Shown here: in pieces, positions 12,470 to 23,149 of the stretch
Numbering within the stretch: the first letter of the stretch is position 1
Layout: each line of letters opens with the position of its first letter
Assembly (NCBI RefSeq): GCF_001194135.2
Contig: NC_068986.1
Location: forward strand, 91,846,828 to 91,903,230
Length of the DNA stretch: 56,403 bases
DNA from: Octopus bimaculoides
Taxonomy: Eukaryota
Reading direction: 5' to 3'
Program-made: the position numbers and the translations under genes
The notes under the pieces: model-generated
Seen by the model: only the letters and a program-made list of their open reading frames with translations
What the model was told of the DNA's origin: nothing
The model's database searches: none

Positions 12470-13314
12470 TAGTCTCCATTGATGGTGTGGTCCTTTTGAA
12501 GTCAGTCAATAAACTTTTGCATTCCAAAAAGCTGAGGTCATCACCTTTTCTGCAAATGAAACGACCATGGCCTTCTTTGGAGCAAGTAAAGAGGAGTGTT
12601 TCCACTGCATGGATTGTCTCTTTGTCTTTGGCACAAAGCAATGAAGCCAACACTTATCCCGGGTTAGGAAGCATTCAAGGAAACCTGCTGGATCTGCCTC
12701 AAGCAATGTAAAATTATTTTCCATGGCACGATCAGCTTGATGCGCTTTTGACCTGGTGTCAGAAAACGTGGCACCCACCGAGCAGAAATCTTCATCATGC
12801 CAAGTTCATTGTGCAGCATATTCTCAACTCCCTCATGAGAAATGCTAACAGCATCGGCCATCTGGTTTATAATCAATTGTCTGTATTCCATCACTATGTA
12901 GTGAACACAATCAATGATTTCTTCGGTGGTGTCAATTGCAAGACGTCCAGACATTGGGTCATCTTCAAGACTCTTCCTTTCCCTCCTAAACTCAGTTGCC
13001 CTCTTTTGCACTGTTGATAAAGCTGTAGATTCATCCCCTAATGTAGCAACCATATCAGCATGAATGTCGTTGGGGACTAAACCCTTTTTTCTGTAGGTAC
13101 TTGATAACACCACCTTGCCAAATTTTGTCCATTTTCAAGAGAAGTCGCTGCTAGTTACTTTTGAAGTCATCTTTGAACAGTCAAATGTCACTTTACTTGC
13201 AAAGAAACAATACAGTTATTAATAAGACGAATCGAAATTAATGCATGCAATATTTCACAGCTCTAGCATCAGTCCTTCATAGTCAACTTATAAACATTTC
13301 AGCCCACTCTTGTA
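12470..13314 (-). mobile_element. mariner transposon relic (irritans-like), 5' half, frameshifted
   Basis: HTH region GLVPNDIHADMVATLG…LSTVQKRATEFRR, WVPRFLT motif, first catalytic region FLTRDKCWLHCFVPKTKRQSMQW, KVMTSAFWNAK and KDHTINGDY. TIR-like end aaacatttcagcccactcttgta at ~13292-13314. Confidence 0.92.
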
Positions 13315-13993
13315 AATAATTTTGTAAACCAACCAAGAAATGTTTATCATCAATCCCGTCTAACATCTTTGAGTTTTCCAAAACAAAGCAGGATCAATCT
13401 TTCATTAAATTTAAATCAATGATTTAAATTTAATGAAATTGCGGCGTTTCAGTATTCAAAGCATTATAACTATCTGGTTAATACATTATAACATTTTAAT
13501 TGATATTGTTTAGTGTGGTTGCACGCACACCTGTGAATTTCTAAAATTAAAGATTCAATTATTTTTTCTCGGTAGAAATATGCTCTCATGTGTTTTATAC
13601 ACTTACAATCCGACATTGCTAAAAGGAAAACCATGGCCAGGTATGAGCACACTGGGAAGTTTTTCGGAGCCCCACAAGTTTATACATAACAGCCCAATGT
13701 TGTTATGTATGTAAGGTTTCCAATGCATCATTTTGTCGTGGTGGAGGGGCTATAATGCTATTTCGACGGTCCTGCGTATGGCGTAGATGTTCGCTTAATT
13801 ACAGGAGACGAATAGTGATGTTAGTTGGCAGAATTCCTTTAGATGTTTTACTACTTATCTGTTCTAGGTTTAAATTCTGCCGGAGGCAGAGCATCTGATT
13901 TGGCTCTTCATTTCTGAAAAGTTCATGAAATAAGTACGAACCAGTTAAGCACTATGATCGATCAACTCAATCCCTTCCAGCTAAAACTCAACG

Positions 13994-14555
13994 GGATCTT
14001 TTTTAAAACGGGGGCCACATTTTTCATTAACGAAACACTTTGAAACTTGGAACACTGGTAGAATGTGTCATATAAAACATCTTTTTCTCTTAGTCTTCTT
14101 TAAAAANNNNNNNNNNGTTATTCCATGTTGAAGTTGTCGTATTTCTGTAATTTCAACCAATCACTGACGTCCATTCAGCCGATATACATTAAATGCCGAC
14201 TACATAAACAAACGATTCTGAAACAATTAACCCTAACCCTAACCCTAGGGTTCGGGTTAGGGTTAAAGCAAATTTAAAATGAAAAAAGCAAATAAAACGA
14301 AGGTATGGAGATTAAATACGCTTTACATCGCTTAATCAGCCAAAGGAGTAAATGTAAACAACTGAATACTGTCAGTGATTGGTTGAAATTATCGAAATAA
14401 GACAATTTTTTACATGAAATAAATTCGAATACAAAAATATTTTTCTGTTCTATAACACAAAATAGATAAGTATACGAAGTTTGAAAGTCTTTCCGTACCA
14501 AAAACACTACGTAAAACATGAATGAAAAATGTGGCCCCCGTTTTAAAATAGATCC
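13994..14555 (+). mobile_element. Non-autonomous DNA transposon (Merlin-like MITE) with internal telomeric palindrome, copy 1
   Basis: 37-bp TIR GGATCTTTTTTAAAACGGGGGCCACATTTTTCATTAA (right copy has 2 mismatches). Exact 8-bp TSD ACTCAACG at 13986-13993 and 14556-14563. Confidence 0.9.
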
Positions 14556-15644
14556 ACTCAACGTTTTTATCAGGCATCACGCCTATTTGATGAGAAGATG
14601 GACCCTGCCTGAAATATCGGAAGTGCACTTCTCATGGTACATAACCTTAGCAGTTGTACGTTATTTTACTTTTATTATTGGGTCAACTATGACATTTATC
14701 CCCCCGGATTTAATAAAATAAATCTTAGTCAATAGACGGTGGAAATCAATTGAATAAGCTATAGTCCTCAATAGAGAGAGAGAGAGAAAGAGAGAAGTGC
14801 CTGTGAGTAACAAAAATACCGTAAAACAGGATAAGAGGTTCAGAAATGGTTTAAAAATATACATTGTGTGAGAGATTGTGTTTAATCTATCTATATATAT
14901 AAAACTAAGTGTGCGTGTATGTGTCTGTCTGTATGTATGTGTGAATACTTAAAACTGGAGAAGTACCCAATCGATTTCATTTAGATTTCACACAGGATTC
15001 CTTCGGGTCCATGGAGTGTCATGGGCCAAAATAATTTTAACTTCTTGCCTTATGCAGGCCCGGAGCAATATTTTAGACTGGTTCGGTATTACGTGTCAAA
15101 AGCGAATATTGTTTCACTTTTATTTTTTCACTTTTAATTCTAATGTGATAACACTAAGTTCAACATATATAAAAAAATACAAGTTTACCGTTCAATTACC
15201 AGTTAATAATTACCGTAGCACTTGCAAGCTTGCAAGGTATTTACAGTTACATATTAACCCTTAAATTAACATTTAATACATGTGCTTAATATATATATAT
15301 AAAGAAATTTAGGTATTGTGGCATTTACCGTTAAATTAGCAGTTCGTACATGTGCTTCTATTTGGTTAATCTATATATATATAATTATTTGTCTCTCTGT
15401 CTGTTCCCAGTGCATTCTCAAACGGTTCCACCAAATCAAATAAAATTCTACACACCCCACGAGTTCAACATGATTTTTTTTCATTTCGATTAAAACAATA
15501 TAACATTTTATAGAGGTAATGTTTTTGTAGTCAAATACAGTACAAGACATTTTATACCACGACGACGACAACGTCGCATTTTGTATATGAGTGTGTATGT
15601 GTCTATCAGTGTATGTATGAGTGTATGGATGAGTATATATCTGT

Positions 15645-15678
<34 letters not shown>

Positions 15679-16064
15679 CTGCGTTCGACAACATCCCATT
15701 TTGTATATGAGTGTGCGTCTGTGAATGTATATGTGAGTGTATGAGTGTGTATGTGTCTGAGTGTGTGTGTGTGTGTGTTTCTGCATTAGGAACGTTATTC
15801 AACACACACACATATACACATACATGTACATATGTGACATCTGACATGCGTGAATGTATGTCCGTGTGTCTCTCTTATATTATAGTATTACATCCCATGA
15901 CTGTCAATATGCATTTTTTTTTTCATTTCCATTTAAACAATATAACATTTCATAGACATAATCTTTCTATTGTCAACTATGGTACAGGACATTTTATATG
16001 TGTGTGTATGTGTTTGTGTGTGTGTGTGTTTACACGTTTGATACATGTGATAGTAAAAGACATT

Positions 16065-16638
16065 GGATCTTTTTTAAAACGGGGGCCACATTTTTCATTA
16101 ATGTTTTACGTAGTGTTTCTGGTACCGAAAGACTTTCAAACTTCGTATACTTATCTATTTTGTGTTATAGAACAGAAAAATATTTTTGTATTCGAATTTA
16201 TTTCATGTAAAAAATTGTCCTATTTCGATAATTTCAACCAATCACTGACGTCCATTCAGCCGATATACATTAAGTGCCGACTACATAAACAAACCATTCT
16301 TCGTTTTATTTGCTTTTTTCATTTTAAATTTGCTTTAACTCTAACCCTAACCCTAGGGTTCGGGTTAGGGTTAGAGTTAGGGTTAGGGTTAGGGTTAATT
16401 GTTTCAGAATCGTTTGTTTATGTAGTCGGCACTTAATGTATATCGGCTGAATTGACGTCAGTGATTGGTTGAAATTACAGAAATACGACAACTTTAACAT
16501 GGAATAATTTATGGATTTTTTTTTTTTTTTTAAGAAGACTAATAGAAAAAGATGTTTTATATGACACATTCTACCAGTGTTCCAAGTTTCAAAGTGTTTC
16601 GTTAATGAAAAATGTGGCCCCCGTTTTAAAAAAGATCC
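16065..16638 (-). mobile_element. Merlin-like MITE with internal telomeric palindrome, copy 2 (inverted relative to copy 1)
   Basis: Perfect 37-bp TIRs. Exact 8-bp TSD AAGACATT at 16057-16064 and 16639-16646. Inner 65-bp inverted repeat (16230-16294 / 16412-16476) with 1 mismatch. Confidence 0.92.
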
Positions 16639-17252
16639 AAGACATTTTATATCACGATGATGACGATGTTACATTTTGTATATGAGCGTGTATGTGTCTG
16701 TGAGTGTATGGATGTATGAGTGCATATGTCTGTGATTGCGTGTGTGGTTCCGCATTAGGTACGATATTAAACACACACACATATACATATACATATGTGA
16801 CGACTGACACGCTAGAATGTATGTCTGCATTGTCTCTCTTACAATATATATGTGACTGTATGTGAGAGTGTATGTGTGTGTATTGTGACATTTTGTATAT
16901 GAATGTGTATGTGTCTGTGAGTGTGTGGGTGTTTGCACGTTCGTTACGTACGTTATTAAACACACACATCTACACAAACGTATGTGACGAGAACGGCTGG
17001 AGGTGAAACTCTTCACAAAGAACAATTAGGTGGCACATCCAAGGTATATAAAAATACACATCTACCGTTCAATTACCAGTTCATAATTACCACAGCAGTT
17101 GCAAGGTATTTACAATTTACTTATATTTGGTTAATTTACACTGCATACAAAAATACAGATATACTACATGCATACAACTGTTTACAAAATAGAGATTAAT
17201 GTATATTTTTTTCTTTGTTCATAATTTTTTGTTTACAATATCGAAAAAGAAT

Positions 17253-17810
17253 ATGCCACCAAAAATAAAACGTAATCTCTTCAGAAACACCTATCAAGCA
17301 AGGAGAAGTGCAGAAAACCCAAGGCGAGAGTCTCAAGAGATAAGGAACATGAGACTTTCTCAAGATCAGCAAAAGCATGCTGCAGCACGTCAGATGGAGT
17401 CTCAAGATAGAAGGGAGATGAGACTTTCTCAGCATCAGCAAAGGCATGCTGCAGCACGTCAAATAGAGTTTCAAGATAGAAGGGAGATGCGACTTTCCCA
17501 AGATCAGCAAAGCCATGCTGCAGTACGTCAAATAGAGTCTCAAGAGAGAAAGGTGATGAGACTTTCTCAAGATCAGCAAATACTGAAACATTAAAACAAC
17601 GTTTGGTATGTCAGATTACACAGAGGTCCAATAGAATAGCACTCAGAAACAGACTACATACAAATTCATTGTTCACATGGTCCATCTCATTCTTATAAAA
17701 ATTATAATTCTGTCCAAATTGGTGTGCTAAACTCAAATTGTCATTTTTGCAAAGCTTTAAAATTTACGCTACAAATGTTTTGTCGTCAATGTGGCACTTT
17801 CCCTTATCAC
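17253..17810 (+). pseudogene. Helitron RepHel N-terminal relic
   Basis: MPPKIKRNLFRNT… followed by 23-aa repeats MRLSQDQQKHAAARQMESQDRRE (69-bp period at 17349, 17418, 17487, 17556), stop at 17592, then a decayed zinc-finger-like IG.LNSNCHFCKALKF..QMFCRQ. Confidence 0.8.
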
Positions 17811-17864
17811 CTGTTTCAACATAACTGTAATATATATATATATATATATATATGTATATGTATG

Positions 17865-18767
17865 CTAACTGACATACCCGGTAATTCCCGGGAAAGCAGG
17901 GCTTATCCCTTGGTTCCGTTCTCATAACTGTTTCGCTAATCCATTAACAACAATATAAAGTATGTAGCCCTTAAAACGCTTTTTGTGCATTTACAGAAAA
18001 TACCGAACTGTCTTACACAGGTTCTTGTTTTTAAGAATTCTCAATAAGTTATCAATACCTAAATTATGAAGTCAATTATTTAATATGAAATTAGTTACCC
18101 GATTGTAAGAATTCAAATAAAGTAGTCTCGAAAAGAGCTTTAATGCGTTTCCAGGGTATATAGAACTTAGGAGGAAATACTAATAAGGTATGTATACTAA
18201 AATCGTGAAGCGTGTTACGTAATAACAGACTCATCAAATATGAGATAATAACAATTCAAAGTAAATAACTCTGGAAAGGGCTTTTGTGTGTTCCCAGAGA
18301 ATACTACTCTCAGCGGTGCTAGTGTTGGTATATTCGTGAATAAGTCACTAACTGAAATAAGTGGATCTATTGTTTAGGAAAATACTATTTACTTGTTTAA
18401 GGATTGTACTGGATAAATTGTGAAAATAACTCTAACAGTTCAAATACGAAGAAATAAGCATACTTAATTTGATTTATACCAAATGACTTAGGAAAATGAA
18501 TGGGTTATTTGCCTTGACTGTTAAAATCTGGGCGAATGGGTTATTTCCCTTGACTTTTAAAATGAAATATATTAGATATATATAAGGTTCCCTTCTAGGG
18601 GCCCTATTATCGATTTGGTCAACAATCTGAGTATGCCATGAGGTTTCCAGACATGAGCTCTACTCACGTGTCAAGTTTCATTAAAATCAGTAAAACGATG
18701 TAGGAGGAGTTAGCTAACAACTCCACAAACACACCCACAGACAGAACTTCCCACATATGTAGCAGAT
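17865..18767 (-). mobile_element. Second non-autonomous Helitron-type element nested in reverse orientation
   Basis: Left end ctaactgacatacccggtaattcccggga is the reverse complement of a hairpin+CTAG-like 3' end. Right end ...gtaggaggagttagc...acagacagaacttcc...agat is typical of such elements. Confidence 0.55.
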
Positions 18768-21386
18768 ATACAAAGTATGCAGTTTTAATCTCAAGCAACA
18801 CCAGGTACCTCTGCTAGTAAAAATATAAAACTAATAGAAACATTGAATGAGTTATAGAAAGAGTAACGAGAGAGGAAGGAGAACTAAACATATGGTGGAA
18901 GTGAGGGGGAATTTCAATATAAAACAAAAATAGTGTAACGGAAATAAACCAAAGGATAAATGAACGAATCCTAAAAGTCATGCTTTGAACTATTTCTTAT
19001 GGGAAATATATCCGAAGGCCATGGGAGGAAAGAGCACACATAACAATTTATTTAATTACACACACACACACACACATTTGTGATTGTATGTGTAAAAAGG
19101 ACATAAAAAAACCATACGAAAGGAAACAATGGTCTGTGAGAAGCTTTTCTATTTTGTTTTATTTAACAACAGGCTAGCTCTGATTGAGAAGACTGACTAC
19201 GATCATAGGTGTTCCAACTGTGAAAATTTTTTTCATGCATAATACTAATGGGATCTGAACTATTTTCTAATGTCTTTTTTGTTTTTAAAGATGAGGACAT
19301 AACTACATGTGTGCCACCAACACAGATTTTGTTTTCTCATGACTTCCTGGAAAATGAATATTTTTTTCAATAAAATTTTCAACAGACACGTTTCATATGG
19401 GGTAGATTACGATTATATATGAGTTTGATGTGGAAAAAATGGTGACTGTGGATATTTCACACACCTTATCAAAACACATGAGGAAAGAAAGTTGAGGTGC
19501 ATAAATTATTGAAACTCCCTCTGGGAAAAAAAAGTTTCACAACAAATTCTAATATAGCCTTAATCTACACCTTTTAAAATGTATCTCTGGAAAATTTCAT
19601 TAAAAAATATGTATTTTTCAGAAAGTTAAAAAGAAACAAAATCAGACATGTGAGGGTGGGCACATATCTTTAGTTATGCCAAAGACAGTAAGTTATAACT
19701 TGAGGTAAATTTAGATGCTATTTCTTGCAGGTCAAACGACCTTGTAGAAAGCCCCTTATTGTCTTGTAATGTTGTAGTGATAATGTTATTGAGGTTGGAT
19801 GATGCGAATATAACATCAATATAGAGATGGTGGTGAAATGGTTGAGTTTCTAGGTAGGGCACTTTATTTTTCTACATTGCCTTGGCTTAGTTTGCCATCA
19901 GGGAAATAAAGATACCTCATTTGAAAACCTAAAGGAAGAGGCTCACAGCTGAAACACCTCCTGACTAAACATATTAAATAGCACTGATCAATGAATGGAT
20001 ACTTCTGATCGTATATCATCATCAACCTCTGGATATTACTGTCTTGAGTTTGAGGACTCATAGGATTGGTTACCCAGTTTCAATGCCAAATAAGTGACTG
20101 AAAGGGATGCCAGCCTGTCACAGGGTTACTTATTAACAGGTGAGTAGACCGGAGCAATAGGAAATGAAGTGTGTTGCTTAAGAACACAGCACACCACCCA
20201 GTCTGGGAATCGAAACTACAATCTTGCAATCATGAGTGTAGCGCTTCAACAATTTGGCCACATGTCTTCTGATCTCACAAGGTTGACAATTGCCTTTTTT
20301 TATCTCACACCATTACATGGAATAAGTTAGAAAGGTGACTTAGATTGGGAAGAAATGAGTCAATATGGTACTGGATAACTAGCCATGGGGGTCACCTACT
20401 TGATTTATAATTGCCTGTCATTTGACAACCATGTAGTATCTATGACCGAGATACTTAACTCTCAAACAGCTCAGTCCACCAGGCTGAATATAGGTTACGA
20501 GGATATTAGCGGGGAATTTGTGAAGTGAATCGGCTTCCTCTTGAAACGAGGCTCTAGTTGAGTGTAGGTTGTCGGCTTACCAGGATTATTGGTGGATTAA
20601 TGAGATAGATTAGTGAGGTCAACTGACTTCAGCTTGAAATGACAATTAGGTTGTGTTGACTCAGCAGGAAATAGAAAACTATGTAAGACTTTCAGGATTT
20701 AAGGATTAGAGTAGTGAAGTTACATATATATTGAGAAAAGACTAAGACATAGGAGCATTCTATTAGTATGCTAATGATAGAAAAAATTCTCTCAAATCAC
20801 ATACAACCACTTTAAAAGAAAGACACTGGAATATCTAGTCCTGAATACAGTGTGTCTGAAAAAAGGAAAGAAAGACTATGTAGTTGCAACCGGAATGTCT
20901 TTGATTATAAGTTTCCTTGATCAGTGCTGATCTGAGGCTAAAAAACTACAATATGAACAACATATAGGAAATGTTATAGAAGCCTTTACTGGTCTTTTAA
21001 GTCTAGATTCAGTTCCTTAGTGTTAAGCAGATGAGTGATACAGAGTTCAATGATCCTACACTCTAGATGGGTCACTACACACACATATTGGCTGGAGTTA
21101 CAGAGTGACTTAAGCACTGAGAGTTCCATGCATTGGTACTTACCAATGCTTGAAACGTTTGGCCCTTGTGTCACTCTGTAACTTCTATTGATTATTAACA
21201 TACACACACACAGACATTTATATATTTACTCATGTTTTGAGTTCTATTTTCCTGCTTGCATCACCATATATATATATATATATATATCGTTTAATATATA
21301 TATACATATATATATATTCTTATTTATTGTGTATTTATGTATATGTATAAGTGAAAGAGACCTTTCACTTAACATTTCCTAGCAAC

Positions 21387-21520
21387 CAGGGGAGGACTGA
21401 GCCGTCGGTCAATCGGGCACTGCCCAAGGGCCCGGAGCTCTAAGGGGCCCGCACTCTACATGTTAACTCTACTGAAAGACACATTCAAAGGGGCCCAGTA
21501 ATACACTCAGTCCGCCCCTG
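21387..21520. mobile_element. hAT-type MITE (134 bp)
   Basis: TIRs caggggaggactgag / ctcagtccgcccctg. Degenerate 8-bp TSD ctagcaac / caagtaac (6/8). Confidence 0.75.
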
Positions 21521-21759
21521 CAAGTAACAATTACTGGCAACCAGGTTGGTTACATTGGATAATGTAGAATACATAATGAAATGCTTGTAGCAGATTTGAG
21601 CCTAAAACTTTTGAAAACCCTGAAATATAAAATAATAATTATGATTTTTGCTAAACTAAAAATGTGAGAAGTTACAGTCAAGTTTATTCTGTATATCACT
21701 GGTACTTACTTTATCAAACCTAGAAGTATTTGAAGAATAGATTATTAGTTAAAACATTG

Positions 21760-22020
21760 TGTGTGTGTGTGTGTGTGTGTATGTGTGTGTGTGTGTGTGT
21801 ATGTGCATATGTTTGTGTATGTATGTGTGTGTGTGCATGTGTTTGTGTATGTATGTGTGTGCATATATGTATATGTGTGCATATATGTATATATGTGTGC
21901 ATATATGTATATGTGTGTGTGTATGTGTATGTGTGTGTGCATATAAGTATGTGTATATATATGTGTGTGTGTGCATATATGTGTATGCATGTATGTTTGT
22001 GTATGTGTGTGTGTGTATGA
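21760..22020. repeat. Compound (TG/TA)n microsatellite
   Basis: Direct simple repeat. Confidence 0.9.
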
Positions 22021-22090
22021 ACATACATATGGATATGGTCATATTTTGCCAACTGAACACATGCACTATATATCTGGCCTTCACTTCAGC

Positions 22091-22132
<42 letters not shown>

Positions 22133-22344
22133 TTAGGTCCGTTTTCAAAGCTCATTTGTCACACATCCTGTGACCTCTTCAGTGACTCTTTGTCCCACCT
22201 GTCTCTTCTTGTTCTGCTTAGTCCATTTTGTCTTTCTGTGATATGTATGAATGGAATGAGTAGAACAGGAGGAGACAGATGGGATATTGAGTCATTGACG
22301 AGGTTACAGGATGTGTGATGATAGAGCTTTGACAAAGAAACTAA

Positions 22345-22381
<37 letters not shown>

Positions 22382-22382
22382 G

Positions 22383-22592
22383 TTTCAAATTTTGCCACAA
22401 AGACAGCAATTTTGGGGGAGGGGACAAGTTGATTACATGAACCCCAGTATTCAACGGGTACTTATTTTATTGACCCCAAAATGATGAAAGGCAAAATCGA
22501 CCTTGATGGAATTTGAACTCAGAATGTAATGATGGGCGAAATACTGCTAAACATTTTCATCCAGCGTGCTAATGATTTTGCCAGCTCGCTAC
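22383..22592 (-). mobile_element. SINE family B inserted into the (AAT)n tract of the palindrome's right arm
   Basis: Family-B core, with (AAT)n on both sides. Confidence 0.8.
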
Positions 22593-22631
22593 CTTAATAA
22601 TAATAATGATAATAATGATAATAATAATAAC

Positions 22632-22663
<32 letters not shown>

Positions 22664-23110
22664 TAATAATAATAATAATAATAAAACTGAAGTGAAGACC
22701 AAATATATAGAGCATGTGTTTCATTGGCAAAATATGACTGTCCCAAAATACAATATGTTTCAACACACGATTTCACATCAAGAATCTTTCCAAAGCAAAT
22801 ACATAAATGCAAGCATGAGTAAATATATAAATGTGTATGTGCATGTGTGTGTGTGTGTGTGTGTGTTAATAATCGATAGAAGTTACAGAGTGGCACAAGG
22901 GCCAAACGTTTCATGTATTGGTAAGTACCAATGCATGGAACTCTCAGTGCTTAAGTCACTCTGTAACTCTAGCGAATTATTAAAACGTATATAATGAAAC
23001 TCTCAGCCCTTGTTGAGTCAGTCTGCTGCTTCAAATATATATATACTCATATTCTGAGTTCTATTTTTCTTGTTTGCATCACCATATCTATATGTGTGTT
23101 TGTGTGTGTG

Positions 23111-23146
<36 letters not shown>

Positions 23147-23149
<3 letters not shown>

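Larger units (their letters stand above)
14886..18817 (+). mobile_element. Composite non-autonomous Helitron with nested insertions
   Basis: 5' A|TCTATCTATATATATAAAA at 14885/14886, second TC-type start at 15370, 3' GCAACACCAGGTACCTCTGCTAG|T at 18817/18818. Internal direct subrepeats (15170-15250 vs 17050-17130; 15475-15910 vs 15915-17000) and a RepHel N-terminal relic. Confidence 0.7.
21091..22973. repeat. Large degenerate inverted duplication with nested hairpins
   Basis: Mirror pairs 21091-21200/22864-22973 (5 differences in 110 bp), 21215-21234/22814-22833, ~22040-22100/22675-22740 and 22131-22227/22250-22346, centred near 22238. Confidence 0.9.

Noticed and set aside
13633-14636. accATGGCCAG|gtatga first exon joined to 14574+ (MARHHAYLMRRW…)
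   Set aside because: Weak downstream donor, a MITE inserted just upstream of the acceptor, and no homology.
14228-16397. True telomere or telomere-fusion scar
   Set aside because: Only a few units, inside TIR/TSD-bounded elements, and in the opposite order to a fusion.
17349-17580. CRISPR-like or satellite array
   Set aside because: In-frame 69-bp coding repeats of Helitron RepHel type with no spacers.
21720-22136. His/Thr- and Cys/Val-rich ORFs (also 15.5-17.0, 33.1, 37.5 and 50.7-51.2 kb)
   Set aside because: Translations of (CA)n/(TG)n repeats.
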